Assembly: GCA_963749705.1 (NCBI GenBank)
Contig: CAVVNQ010000008.1
Span: forward strand, 64,001-128,000
Reading direction: 5' to 3'
Source: an uncultured Chloroflexia bacterium
GTDB lineage: Bacteria; Chloroflexota; Limnocylindria; Limnocylindrales; CSP1-4
Length of the DNA stretch: 64,000 bases
Shown here piece by piece: positions 18,656 to 28,168 of the stretch; the first letter of the stretch is position 1; every line of letters starts with the position of its first letter. Under the pieces are notes generated by a model that saw nothing but the letters and a program-made list of their open reading frames with translations, searched no databases and was not told where the DNA came from. Position numbers and translations under genes: made by a program.

Positions 18656-20325
18656 TGATCTCGCTGCTCCTGGGGATCTCCGCGATCGGCGCGCTCGCCG
18701 CGGCGTGGGGGCTCTCGCGCGGCGGCCGGGGCGCCATCGCGGGCGTCGCGCTCGGCGTCACCGCGCTGATCGTGGTGCTCGGCATCGCACTCGGCACGGA
18801 CGCCCCGCGCGTCATCGACAGCAACGCGTCCCCCGTGCCGGGCCTGGTGTTCGCGGGACGGATCGTGCGAACCGACTACCTGCGCCTGGTGATCGCGCTG
18901 TGGGCCCTGGACGCGATCATCGTGATCGCCATCGCGGGGCTGATGGGCGGGCTCTCGGCCCTGCGCGGGCTGCTCGCCGGAACGCTCCTGGCGATCGCCG
19001 GCGGGATCGTCGCGCTCGGTGCGACCAACCTGTCGCTGGGCCTCATCGCCGCAGCGGGAACCGGGCTCGCGGCCATGGTCCCGGTGCTCGCCACGACGCG
19101 GGGCGCATCGATCGGGGCCGCCGCCCGGGAGCTCCGCGTCACCCTTGCCGTCGGCTCGCTGCTGCTCGCATCGGTGGCCATCGCGCCCATCGCGGCCGCG
19201 CTCGTCCTGACCGGCACGTCGGGCGGATCGGCGGGGCCGAGCGGAGGCCAGGCGGGTGCGGTCGTCGGACTCGTCTCGCTTGCCGTCGCGCTCGCCGTGG
19301 CGATCCGGCTGGGGGCGATCCCGTTCCACCTGCGCGTGCCCAGGCTGACCGACGCCGTCGCGCCGGCGGCCATGCCGCTGCTCATCGCGTGGGTCCCGCT
19401 GCCGCTCGCGGTCACCGGGTTCGCGATCGTCGACCACCTCGTGGCGCCGCTCGCGCTGTCGCTCGAGACCGAGCGCTGGCTGGTCATCGCGCTTGCCCTC
19501 GTCACCCTCGCCGCGGCGGCGCTGGCGGCGTTCATCCAGGAGGACCTGCGGCACGCGGTGGGCTATCTGGTGATCGCCGACGGCGGCCTGGTGCTGCTGG
19601 GATTTGCGGCGCTCGACCCCGCGGCGTGGGGCCCGACACGGATCTGGCTGGTGGCGTTGGCCGCATCCAAGACGGCACTGACCGCCTGGGCGGCTGTCGC
19701 GGAGTCGCGGTTCGAGACGCGCAGCCTGCCCGACCTTCGCGGCTGGATGCGGCGGTCACCGATGCTCGCCGCCGCGCTGCTCCTGACGGTCGTGGCGACG
19801 TTCGGCCTGCCGGGCTGGATCGTGTTCGGGGCACGCGGCGACCTCGCGCGCCTGGCCGCCGGCGGGACGCTCGAGGTGGTGCTCATCGTCGCCGGGTTCC
19901 TCTCGCTGCCGGCATACCTGCGGATCCTGATGATCGGGGTCGGACCGGCCTCGAGCCACGTCGCGCGAGCCGCGCCCGAGCGCTTCGTGCGGGCGGTGCG
20001 GCGCCGGCCGAGCCTTGAGTTCGAGCAGGAGCGCAGCCTCGAGACCGATCCGGACGCCGCGACCGGCGTCGCCGGGGACGGCGCAGCCGCCGATCAGGGG
20101 GCCGTGGCCCCCGGCGCCCTCGGACGGCGCGGCCGGATGGTCGCCGGCAGCGGCTCGCTGGCACGCGGGCTTGCCGGCGCGATGCGCCGGGATCGGACGG
20201 AGCTGATCTCAGCCGCCGTGCTCTCGCTCGCGATCCTTGCCGCGCTCACGTCGTGGGGCGCGCTCGACCTCGGCGGTGCGGCCAGCGAGCCGGCGCCGAT
20301 CGTGTCCGGGCCGTCGGCGGACTGA
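18652..20325 (+). CDS. Proton-conducting transporter-like membrane subunit (NuoN/MrpD/HyfF family, divergent)
   Basis: RLGAIPFHLRVP resembles KxGxxPFHxWxP; DLRHAVGYLVIADGG resembles DLKRxxAYSSIxxxG; LRGWMRRSP and FGLPG motifs. Confidence 0.7.
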   Translation: MMISLLLGISAIGALAAAWGLSRGGRGAIAGVALGVTALIVVLGIALGTDAPRVIDSNASPVPGLVFAGRIVRTDYLRLVIALWALDAIIVIAIAGLMGGLSALRGLLAGTLLAIAGGIVALGATNLSLGLIAAAGTGLAAMVPVLATTRGASIGAAARELRVTLAVGSLLLASVAIAPIAAALVLTGTSGGSAGPSGGQAGAVVGLVSLAVALAVAIRLGAIPFHLRVPRLTDAVAPAAMPLLIAWVPLPLAVTGFAIVDHLVAPLALSLETERWLVIALALVTLAAAALAAFIQEDLRHAVGYLVIADGGLVLLGFAALDPAAWGPTRIWLVALAASKTALTAWAAVAESRFETRSLPDLRGWMRRSPMLAAALLLTVVATFGLPGWIVFGARGDLARLAAGGTLEVVLIVAGFLSLPAYLRILMIGVGPASSHVARAAPERFVRAVRRRPSLEFEQERSLETDPDAATGVAGDGAAADQGAVAPGALGRRGRMVAGSGSLARGLAGAMRRDRTELISAAVLSLAILAALTSWGALDLGGAASEPAPIVSGPSAD

Positions 20326-20364
20326 TCGTGTCCGGGCCGTCGGACTGAGGGTGTCCGAGCCGCC
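20298..20364. repeat. Tandem duplication of the gene 3' end
   Basis: GATCGTGTCCGGGCCGTCGG(CGG)ACT twice plus a degenerate third copy. Confidence 0.7.
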
Positions 20365-20421
20365 AGGGTCGCGCCCGATGGACCCCGGGGCCGGGGTGGC
20401 CGGCGGGCGATCTGACCCGGT

Positions 20422-20889
20422 TCAGTCGGCCGGGGCGAGCACCCAGCGATCGATCTCGCGCTCGTAGCTGAGCAGCTCCTCGGGGCGGAACCACAGCGCG
20501 AGCTCGGCGGCTGCGGTCTCCGGACCATCCGACGCGTGGACCAGGTTCTGTGCCGTCTCGACGGCCAGGTCGCCACGGATCGATCCCGGCGCCGCCTCGT
20601 GCGGGCGGGTCGCGCCGTTCATCGCGCGCACGATGGCGATGGCATTGGGGCCCTCGAGCGCGGCCGCGACGAGCGGGCCCGAGGTGATGAAGTCGACCAG
20701 GCCGGCAAAGAACGGTCGCTCGCGATGGACCGCGTAGTGCTGCTCGGCGAGCGCCCGATCGACGTGGACGAGCTTGAGGCCGATCAGCTTGAGGCCCCGC
20801 TCCTCGAACCGGGTGAGGACGCGGCCGACCAGCAGGCGCTGGACGCCGTCGGGCTTGACCAGGAGAAGCGTTCGCTCGAGCTCGGGCAT
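20422..20889 (-). CDS. ndk: Nucleoside-diphosphate kinase
   Basis: ERTLLLVKPDGVQR, PGSIRGD, NLVHASD. Confidence 0.96.
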   Translation of the reverse strand: MPELERTLLLVKPDGVQRLLVGRVLTRFEERGLKLIGLKLVHVDRALAEQHYAVHRERPFFAGLVDFITSGPLVAAALEGPNAIAIVRAMNGATRPHEAAPGSIRGDLAVETAQNLVHASDGPETAAAELALWFRPEELLSYEREIDRWVLAPAD

Positions 20890-21083
20890 CGGGGCAGTCG
20901 ACCTCATGTCGGTGGCGGCGGGCATGGCGGCGTCGCCGGTGTGGTGCAGGTCACGCTGCAGGGCCGACCGAGACCGTGGGGTTCGGGGCGCAGGCAGCGC
21001 GGACTGACAGGGTAGCGCGGCGGACGACCGCGCGAGCGGGCGATGTCCCTGCGCGCGAGCGGGCGACTGCGGCTCGGCGCGGG

Positions 21084-22064
21084 CTACCCCTCGGCGTCGG
21101 ATGCGTCCCGGTCGACCCGGTCGTCCTCGTGTCCGCGCGCACGGTCGAATGCCGCGAGCGCCTCGCTCTCCCGGCCCAGCAGCCGGTACGCGTCGCCGAC
21201 CACGAGGGCGAGCTGGGGATCGGTTGCGCGTTCGCCGATGGCGTCGATCACCGCATCGGCGAAGTCCGCCTCGAGCCGGAGGGCGACGCCCAGCCGGAGG
21301 GCGGCACGGGTGATGTCGCCGCTGCCGAGCGCCGCCAGCCCGCCGGCGAGCGCCTCGGCGGCCGCGGGCGAGGCCGGCGCGGAGGCCGCGCTGCCCTGGG
21401 CCGGCGCTGCCGCGACGTGCGGCCGGGCGGGACGAGACGTCGACGGCCGCTCGGCCATGACATCGGGTGGTGCGTCGTCGCCCGCGATGTTCTCCGGCCA
21501 GATCGGGCTGCGCGGCATGCCCGCGAACAGCGCCTCGATCGATCGGCCGCCCGCGGCGGCAACCGCGCGACCGGCCAGCCGGCGAGCCTCGCCGGGACGT
21601 CCCAGCGCCGCGGTCGCCTCGGCCGCGATCGCGAGGGCAAGGACATCCTCGCGGCCGATCTCGATCAGGGCGTTCGCCGCCTCCCCGGCGCCGGCGAGGT
21701 CCCCCGTGCGCCAGCGCACCTCGGCGAGATCCAGCAGCGCGGCCTCGTCGAGCGCTCCCCGCCCGGCGAACGACTCCAGCTCGGCGCGTGCGAGCGAGGT
21801 CGACCCCATCCGCAGGTGGAGCCGTGCCATGCGCAGGGCCGTCGGCCGTTCGTCGGCCGCGGTCGCGCCGGTCAGGTTCGCGTCGACGATGGCGGGCGCG
21901 ATCGACGACGAGCCCCGGCCCGTCGCGCCGCCCGGTGGGGCTGGCCGCGAGCGATCGCGCAGGCGCGGCGTCGGCCCCCGTCCCCGTGCCGCAGCGGCCG
22001 GGTCGGAACGACGGGCGCGTCCCGGCTGCTCGCCCGGTGTCGGGTTGTCGGCCGTGTCGCTCAT
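21084..22064 (-). CDS. Hypothetical protein with TPR-like helical repeats
   Basis: Start overlaps the peptidase stop; LAEVRWRTGD and VGDAYRLLGRESEALAAFDRA segments are TPR-like. Confidence 0.6.
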   Translation of the reverse strand: MSDTADNPTPGEQPGRARRSDPAAAARGRGPTPRLRDRSRPAPPGGATGRGSSSIAPAIVDANLTGATAADERPTALRMARLHLRMGSTSLARAELESFAGRGALDEAALLDLAEVRWRTGDLAGAGEAANALIEIGREDVLALAIAAEATAALGRPGEARRLAGRAVAAAGGRSIEALFAGMPRSPIWPENIAGDDAPPDVMAERPSTSRPARPHVAAAPAQGSAASAPASPAAAEALAGGLAALGSGDITRAALRLGVALRLEADFADAVIDAIGERATDPQLALVVGDAYRLLGRESEALAAFDRARGHEDDRVDRDASDAEG

Positions 22065-23329
22065 GGGCGCAGCCGCAGGTGCCGGTCGAGGCCGCGGAGG
22101 TGCCGTGCCGGCGCGACCACCGCCATGCGCAGCGCATCGTCCGTGAACAGCTCGGCCGCCAGGCGTCGCACGTCCTCGGCGCGAACGGCCGCGACCGCCT
22201 CCAGCGCCTCGTCCAGCGTGAGCACGCGATCGTGCATCGCCTCCTGGCCACCGACCCACGACGCGAGGTGGCGGGTGTCGTCCATCCGCAGCTCCAGCCC
22301 GCCCGAGAGGTAGGCCTTCGCCTTCGCGAGCTCCTCGTCCGGCACCACCGCATCCACGAGCGTGGCGAGCTCGGCGAGGATCGCCTCGATCGCCGCGGGA
22401 AGCTGTGCGGGATCCACCCCGGCCGACACCTCGAGCGCACCCGTATCGGCGTACTCCACGATGCCCGAGCTGACGTCGTAGGCAAGCCCCTTCTGTTCGC
22501 GAACTCCGAGGAACAGGCGGCTCGACATGCCGTCGCCCAGCACCGCGTTGAGCACCGACAGGTTCCATGCGTCCGGGTGGTCGCGACGCAGCGCCGGCAC
22601 CGCGATCGCGAGCTGCGCCTGCGTCGTGTCGCGGCGTCCGGTGAGCACGCGCGGGCCGGCGGGCAGCGGAGGGGCCGGATCGAAGCCCGGCACGTGCCCG
22701 TTGCCGGTTCCGAACGCCGTGGCCGCGAGGCCGAGCGCCTCCTCGTGGTCGAGATCCCCCGCGACCGCAACCACCGTGTTGGCGGGCCGGTACATCGTGT
22801 GCCAGAACGACCGGATCGCCTCCGACGGCAGGCCGCGGATCCCGTCCTCGTCGCCGCAGATCTCGCGGCCCAGCGCGCCATCGCCGAACAGGGCCTGCTG
22901 GATGAGCATCCCGACGTACTCGGACGGGTCGTCGAGGTAGGAGCGGATCTCCTCGACGATCACCGTCCGCTCCTGCTCGATGTCGGCGTCGGCGAGCCGG
23001 GGCCGGACGATCAGCTCACCGAGCACCGTCATCGCGCGCTCGGCCTCGCGCCTCGGGACGCGCGTCCAGTACACGGTCAATTCGCGGTCGGTCGCGGCGT
23101 TGGCGGATCCGCCGACGCCTTCGACGGCTTCGGAGATCGACCGGCTCGACGGGTATCCGGCCGTGCCCTTGAACGTGAGGTGCTCCATGAAGTGGGCAAC
23201 ACCGGCCTCGGCCGGCGACTCCACCCGGGACCCCGCCAGCACGTACGCAGCCATCGACACCGAGCGTGACCCGGGCAGCCGGGCGGAGATCACGCGCGGC
23301 CCGTCGGGCAGGGCGGTTCGGTCGAACAT
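22061..23329 (-). CDS. M16 family zinc peptidase
   Basis: HFMEH inverted zinc motif, ERTVIVEE, SSRLF..VREQKGLAY. Confidence 0.93.
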   Translation of the reverse strand: MFDRTALPDGPRVISARLPGSRSVSMAAYVLAGSRVESPAEAGVAHFMEHLTFKGTAGYPSSRSISEAVEGVGGSANAATDRELTVYWTRVPRREAERAMTVLGELIVRPRLADADIEQERTVIVEEIRSYLDDPSEYVGMLIQQALFGDGALGREICGDEDGIRGLPSEAIRSFWHTMYRPANTVVAVAGDLDHEEALGLAATAFGTGNGHVPGFDPAPPLPAGPRVLTGRRDTTQAQLAIAVPALRRDHPDAWNLSVLNAVLGDGMSSRLFLGVREQKGLAYDVSSGIVEYADTGALEVSAGVDPAQLPAAIEAILAELATLVDAVVPDEELAKAKAYLSGGLELRMDDTRHLASWVGGQEAMHDRVLTLDEALEAVAAVRAEDVRRLAAELFTDDALRMAVVAPARHLRGLDRHLRLRP

Positions 23330-23408
23330 CGGGTCGATGGTAGCCGGGAACGGAAGGACCGGCGGCCGTTCGGCCGCCGGTCCGGTACGACGCGTGGAGG
23401 ACCCGGGA

Positions 23409-24809
23409 TCAGCTCGGGACGAACGCGAGCAGCCAGTCCTGGAGGAAGTACACGACGAACGCGGCGGTGACCAGCCACATCAGCGGGTGCACCTCCGATG
23501 CCCGACCGCGGACGACCCTGATCAGGACCCACGAGATGAAGCCCGCCCCGATCCCGACCGTGATGTCGTAGGTCAGCGGCATCAGGATCATGGTCAGCAA
23601 CGCCGGGACACCTTCCTCGACCTCGGCCACCGGGATGTCGCGCACGATCGTGAACATCAGGTAGCCGACGAGCACCAGGGCCGGCGCCGTGGCGACGCCG
23701 GGGACGATGCCCGCGATCGGGGACAGGAACACGGCGAGCAGGAACAGGACGCCGGTGACGACCGACGCAAAGCCCGTCTTGCCGCCCTCCGCGACGCCGG
23801 CCGCGGACTCGATGTACGTCGTGTTGGACGAGGTGCCGGCCAGGCCACCGACGATCGCGGCGACCGAGTCGACGGCGAGGACGCGCCCGACACCCGGGAC
23901 CGAGCCGTCCTCCTCGGCAAGGCCTGCCTCGGCGGCCACACCGGTGACCGTGCCCATCGTGTCGAAGAAGTCGGTCAGCATGATCGCGAAGATCGTGAGG
24001 ATCGCGGTCAGCAGCCCAAGGTTGAACACGTCGCCGAGGTCGAATTGCCCGAGCGTGGAGAAGCTGGGCGCGAAGCTGAACGAGTCCGCCGTCGGCAGGG
24101 TCGTCACCTTGTCCAGGCCGAACACGGGTGGCACGAGCGCGACCAGCGTGGTCAGCAGGATGCTGAGGATCAGCGCGGCCCGGATCTTCATCACGTACAG
24201 GGCGACCGTGATGACCAGGCCGATCAGGAACACGAACTGCGACGACGTGGTCGGGAACGCGACCGTCACGAGCGTGCCGCTGCCGGCCTTGATCAGCCCG
24301 CCATTGGCGAAGCCGATGAACAGGATGAACAGGCCGATGCCGACGCCGATGGACCGCTTCAGCGCGACCGGAACGGCGTTCATGATCGCCTCCCGGAGGC
24401 CGATCGCCACGAGGACCGTGACGACGATGCCCTCGAGCACGATCACGCCCATCGCGCCGGCGGGGGTGAGGCCCTTGCCGATCAGGGTGAACGCGACGAT
24501 CCCGTTGATGCCCAGCCCCGCGGCCAGCGCGAACGGGTAGTTCCCGATCACGCCCATCGCGATCGTCATGATCCCGGCGATCAGCGCGGTCGCGGCCGCG
24601 AGCGCCGGGAACGTGAAGTTCGGGTCGGCGTCACCGAACCCGGCGGTCAGGATCCCCGGGTTCACGAAGATGATGTAGGCCATGACCATGAACGTGGTCA
24701 GGCCCGCCCGCGTCTCGGTGGCGAAGTTCGTGCCCCGCTCGGCGAACTTGAAGTAGGCGGCGATGGCATTCAGGCCACCGCTCGGCGCAGCAACGGATGC
24801 AGCGCTCAT
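23409..24809 (-). CDS. NCS2/AzgA-family purine permease
   Basis: AGLTTFMVMAYIIFVNP, DFFDTMGT, YIESAAG..EGGKTG. Confidence 0.93.
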   Translation of the reverse strand: MSAASVAAPSGGLNAIAAYFKFAERGTNFATETRAGLTTFMVMAYIIFVNPGILTAGFGDADPNFTFPALAAATALIAGIMTIAMGVIGNYPFALAAGLGINGIVAFTLIGKGLTPAGAMGVIVLEGIVVTVLVAIGLREAIMNAVPVALKRSIGVGIGLFILFIGFANGGLIKAGSGTLVTVAFPTTSSQFVFLIGLVITVALYVMKIRAALILSILLTTLVALVPPVFGLDKVTTLPTADSFSFAPSFSTLGQFDLGDVFNLGLLTAILTIFAIMLTDFFDTMGTVTGVAAEAGLAEEDGSVPGVGRVLAVDSVAAIVGGLAGTSSNTTYIESAAGVAEGGKTGFASVVTGVLFLLAVFLSPIAGIVPGVATAPALVLVGYLMFTIVRDIPVAEVEEGVPALLTMILMPLTYDITVGIGAGFISWVLIRVVRGRASEVHPLMWLVTAAFVVYFLQDWLLAFVPS

Positions 24810-24891
24810 GGGCTCGTGGAACCTCCCTCGTCTCGTGCTCGACTCCCGCGTGCCCGCGGGGATCTCCCACGGGCGATGCGCTCCGTGTCCC

Positions 24892-25338
24892 CTACTCCTC
24901 GGGTCCCTCCAGACCGAGCAGCTCCATCTGGACGAACCCGCTCGTGTCGAACTCGAGCTGCCGCGGCGCCGACGGTCCCTCGTCCTCGTCGGTGACGCCT
25001 GGCACGAACTCGATGACCACCCGCTCGTCGCCCTGTACGAGGGTGTAGACGAGCAGCTGGTCGGGGCGGGTCTCGAACTCGAGGTGCTCGAACGAGTCCA
25101 CGTTCAAGGTGATCGAGATCGGCGTGAAGAACGTCGACACGTCGGGCTCGTCGGCGACGATTCGCTCGACCCACCCGGTCCCATGGGCAACCACGTCCCG
25201 GCCCCGGAGATACCGGTACGAGACGGTCTGCTTGAGGATCGGGCGCAGGACGTGCTGGAGGTCAGTCCGGCTCGTCACGAGGCCCTGGTTGACGAAGAAC
25301 TTCGCGGGCGGATCGCTCGACACGTGGGCTCCCACCAT
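24892..25338 (-). CDS. Hypothetical protein
   Basis: 148-aa ORF with globular composition; no family recognised. Confidence 0.65.
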   Translation of the reverse strand: MVGAHVSSDPPAKFFVNQGLVTSRTDLQHVLRPILKQTVSYRYLRGRDVVAHGTGWVERIVADEPDVSTFFTPISITLNVDSFEHLEFETRPDQLLVYTLVQGDERVVIEFVPGVTDEDEGPSAPRQLEFDTSGFVQMELLGLEGPEE

Positions 25339-25498
25339 CTGGCTCGAGGGTTGCGGAGCGGCGCGCCGTGCCGCCTTCCCGGGAGCGGCCCGACACCACG
25401 GATCCTAACGGACCGGGACGGTTGCGGGTCGGTGAAGTTCGCAGGGATCCGGGCGCCGGGCGCGTGCCGCAGGCGCCTTGCGGGATCGCCTCGTGCGC

Positions 25499-25644
25499 GG
25501 GTTCGGGTAGCCTCGTGCTCGGGCAGCCGCGTGCTCGCCTCACGCCGGCTCGCCCCGCAGGGGTTCGGGCAGCCTCGTGCTCGGGCAGCCGCGTGCTCGC
25601 CTCACGCCGGCTCGCCTCGCGCGCGGGCTCGGGCAGCCTCGTGC
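25499..25644. repeat. ~62-nt tandem repeat (two full copies plus one partial)
   Basis: GGGTTCGGG(T/C)AGCCTCGTGCTCGGGCAGCCGCGTGCTCGCCTCACGCCGGCTCGCC at 25499 and 25561, partial copy at 25625. Confidence 0.85.
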
Positions 25645-25863
25645 CCACCTCATGTGCATTCCTCGGGCTGGCGATGCCGCTGCAGGCGAATCGCGACGCA
25701 CGGAGCGGCGCAGGAGGTCGCGTTGGACCCACCTCGCGTCCAAGTCGTGCGTGGGCGTGCTGCCGAGCCTCGGCTGGCCGCGTCCCGCACGAGGCAATCG
25801 ACCTTCAAGTCCACAGGATGCACACCACGTGATCTTGCGGAGCGCCAGCGCTCGCGCGGGGGG

Positions 25864-25944
25864 GCCAGGTCGCTGGCCAAGGCGCTCGCGCGGGGGCGCC
25901 AAGTCGCTGGCCAAGTCGCTGGCCAGGGCGATGGCCAAGGCGCC
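25864..25944. repeat. Degenerate 12-nt tandem repeats
   Basis: GCCAAGTCGCTG-like units repeated about 6 times. Confidence 0.65.
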
Positions 25945-26012
25945 GGCTATCGCGACGCCGGTCTTCGACGTGATCGGTGATCGCGGCCAAGGCGCCAACG
26001 TATGATCGACGC

Positions 26013-26825
26013 ATGCTGCTCGCGGTCGACATCGGCAACACGAACGTGACGCTCGGGCTCGTCGACGGCGGCGCGCTCGTCGCCACGCGGCGCGCCGGGA
26101 CGCACCGGGCCGGCACGCCGGACGAGCTCGAGGTGGTCCTCGCCGGGCTGCTTGCGCTCGATGGGCGGTCGCTCGATCGTGTCGACGCGATCGCGGTCGC
26201 GTCGGTGGTCCCGCCGTTGGCCGCCGCGCTCGAATCCGTGGCGTCCCGCCGGGGCATCCCGATCCTCATCGCGGGCGCGGGCAGCGTGCCACTGGCGATC
26301 CGGGTCGATCGGCCGGGCGAGGTCGGTGCGGACCGGCTGGTCAACTCACTGGCGGCGGCGCGCCTGTATGGCACGCCTGCGGTCGTCGTGGACTTCGGCA
26401 CGGCCACCACGCTCGACTGCGTCGGGCTCGACGGCGCCTACGTCGGCGGCGCGATCGCGCCCGGGCTCGAGCTCGGCCTCGAGGCGCTTGCTTCGAGGAC
26501 CGCGAAGCTGCCGCGGATCGAGCTGCGGACGCCCGACCGGGCGATCGGCCGCGACACGGTGAGCGCGATGCAGTCGGGCACGATCTTCGGCTACCAGGCC
26601 CTTGCCTCGGGCCTGCTCGCGCGGGTCCGCGGGGAGCTCGCCGAGTCGGCCGGCGTCACCCCGGATTCCGTACGCGCGATCCTGACCGGCGGTCTGTCGG
26701 CGGCCCCGTGGGCACGCGGCGTCGAGGGCGTGGACGTCATCGATCCCGACCTCACGCTCAAGGGGCTGGCGATCCTGTACGCGGAGGTCACCGGAGGCGA
26801 GCCCCTGGCGGGGTCGGTGCGATGA
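26013..26825 (+). CDS. coaX: Type III pantothenate kinase
   Basis: AVDIGNTN, VGADRL, VVDFGTATT, GGAIAPG, LTGG. Confidence 0.95.
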   Translation: MLLAVDIGNTNVTLGLVDGGALVATRRAGTHRAGTPDELEVVLAGLLALDGRSLDRVDAIAVASVVPPLAAALESVASRRGIPILIAGAGSVPLAIRVDRPGEVGADRLVNSLAAARLYGTPAVVVDFGTATTLDCVGLDGAYVGGAIAPGLELGLEALASRTAKLPRIELRTPDRAIGRDTVSAMQSGTIFGYQALASGLLARVRGELAESAGVTPDSVRAILTGGLSAAPWARGVEGVDVIDPDLTLKGLAILYAEVTGGEPLAGSVR

Positions 26826-28168
26826 GCGGACCTCCGATGACGACGCCCGGACGCCTCGAGGGGCGCCTCATCGGGCTCGGCGTGTGTGGCTCGATCGCGG
26901 CGTACAAGGCCGTCGAGCTGCTGCGGCTGCTCGGGGCGGAAGGCGCCGACGTCGTGGTCATGCTCACGCCGGCTGCCGCGCAGTTCGTCGGTCCGCTGAC
27001 CTTCGGCGCCCTGTCGCGACACCCCGTCGAGACGGATGTCCTGGGGCTGCTCCCGGACCGGCGCATCGGCCACATCGTGGTTGCCGATGCTGCAGATGCG
27101 ATCGTCGTCGCACCCGCGACCGCACGCTGGCTGGGCGCGATGGCCAACGGCATCGCGAGCGATGCGGTGACCGCGGCCTGCCTGGCGACCTCGGCACCCG
27201 TGCTGTTCGCGCCGGCGATGGACGGCGACATGTGGACCCACCCGGCGACCCGCGACAACGTGCGCCGCCTCGAGACTGACTTCGGATACCGGATGGTGCC
27301 GCCCGAGGTCGGCTCGCTGGCGTCCGGCCAGAGTGGCATCGGCCGCCTCGCGGAGCTATCCGCGATCGTCGACGCCGTGGTCGAGCTTGTCGCCGGCCGC
27401 CAGATCCGGCAGCCGGACGCGGACGTGCGCCCGCCGCTGACGGCGCCGTCGCACGAGCTCGACCTCGAGGGCCGGCACCTGGTCGTGAGCGCCGGGGGGA
27501 CGGCCGAGGCGATCGACCCGGTGCGGTTCATCGGCAATCGCAGCTCCGGACGGATGGGCGCCGCCATCGCCGAAGCCGCGCTCGCCCGCGGCGCGCGGGT
27601 CACGATCGTCGCCGGCCGCGTCGAGGTCGCCCTCCCGGTTGCGGCCAGGATCGTCGCCGCCGAGTCGACCGCCGAGATGCGCACCGCCGTCCTCGCCGCG
27701 CTGGCGGACGGGCCCGCGGACGCCCTCGTGATGGCCGCAGCGGTCGCCGACTTCCGGCCACGCAGCCCCGTATCGACCAAGCTCGCCCGCGCCGGCTCGC
27801 TCACCCTCGAGCTCGAGCCGACCGAGGACATCCTCGCCGAGGCTGCCGCGATCGCCCGCGACCTCGTCCCCCGCCCGGTCATCGTCGGGTTTGCGGCCGA
27901 GACGGGATCCCTCGAGCGGGCGCCGGACAAGCTCCGCCGCAAGGGCGCCGACCTGCTCGTGGCCAACGACGTCGCCGAGCCCGGCTCCGGGTTCGGCAGC
28001 GAGACCAACCGGGTCACGATCCTCGGCGCCGATGGGTCGCACGAGGACCTTCCGCTGCTGGCCAAGCGCGAGGTCGCGGACCGGCTGCTGGATCGGGTCG
28101 CCGTCCTGTTGGACGAACGCGACACCCCGGCGCACACTTCGGGAACCCGCACGGAGGCTGCCCGATGA
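26822..28168 (+). CDS. coaBC: Bifunctional phosphopantothenoylcysteine decarboxylase/synthetase
   Basis: GSIAAYK, APATA, PAMD, IDPVRFIGNRSSGRMG, MAAAVADF, GFAAET, VANDV. Confidence 0.95.
   Translation: MSGPPMTTPGRLEGRLIGLGVCGSIAAYKAVELLRLLGAEGADVVVMLTPAAAQFVGPLTFGALSRHPVETDVLGLLPDRRIGHIVVADAADAIVVAPATARWLGAMANGIASDAVTAACLATSAPVLFAPAMDGDMWTHPATRDNVRRLETDFGYRMVPPEVGSLASGQSGIGRLAELSAIVDAVVELVAGRQIRQPDADVRPPLTAPSHELDLEGRHLVVSAGGTAEAIDPVRFIGNRSSGRMGAAIAEAALARGARVTIVAGRVEVALPVAARIVAAESTAEMRTAVLAALADGPADALVMAAAVADFRPRSPVSTKLARAGSLTLELEPTEDILAEAAAIARDLVPRPVIVGFAAETGSLERAPDKLRRKGADLLVANDVAEPGSGFGSETNRVTILGADGSHEDLPLLAKREVADRLLDRVAVLLDERDTPAHTSGTRTEAAR

Noticed and set aside
24810-24891. Purine riboswitch upstream of the NCS2 permease
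   Set aside because: Only 82 nt, and the conserved purine aptamer core sequences are not recognisable
25499-25644. Repeats as a CRISPR array
   Set aside because: Units are nearly contiguous with no unique 25-45 nt spacers, and there are no cas genes
27300-27345. CoaBC has LASG instead of the catalytic LACG motif
   Set aside because: Non-Cys variants at this position occur in other bacterial CoaBC proteins; not evidence of inactivation or novelty
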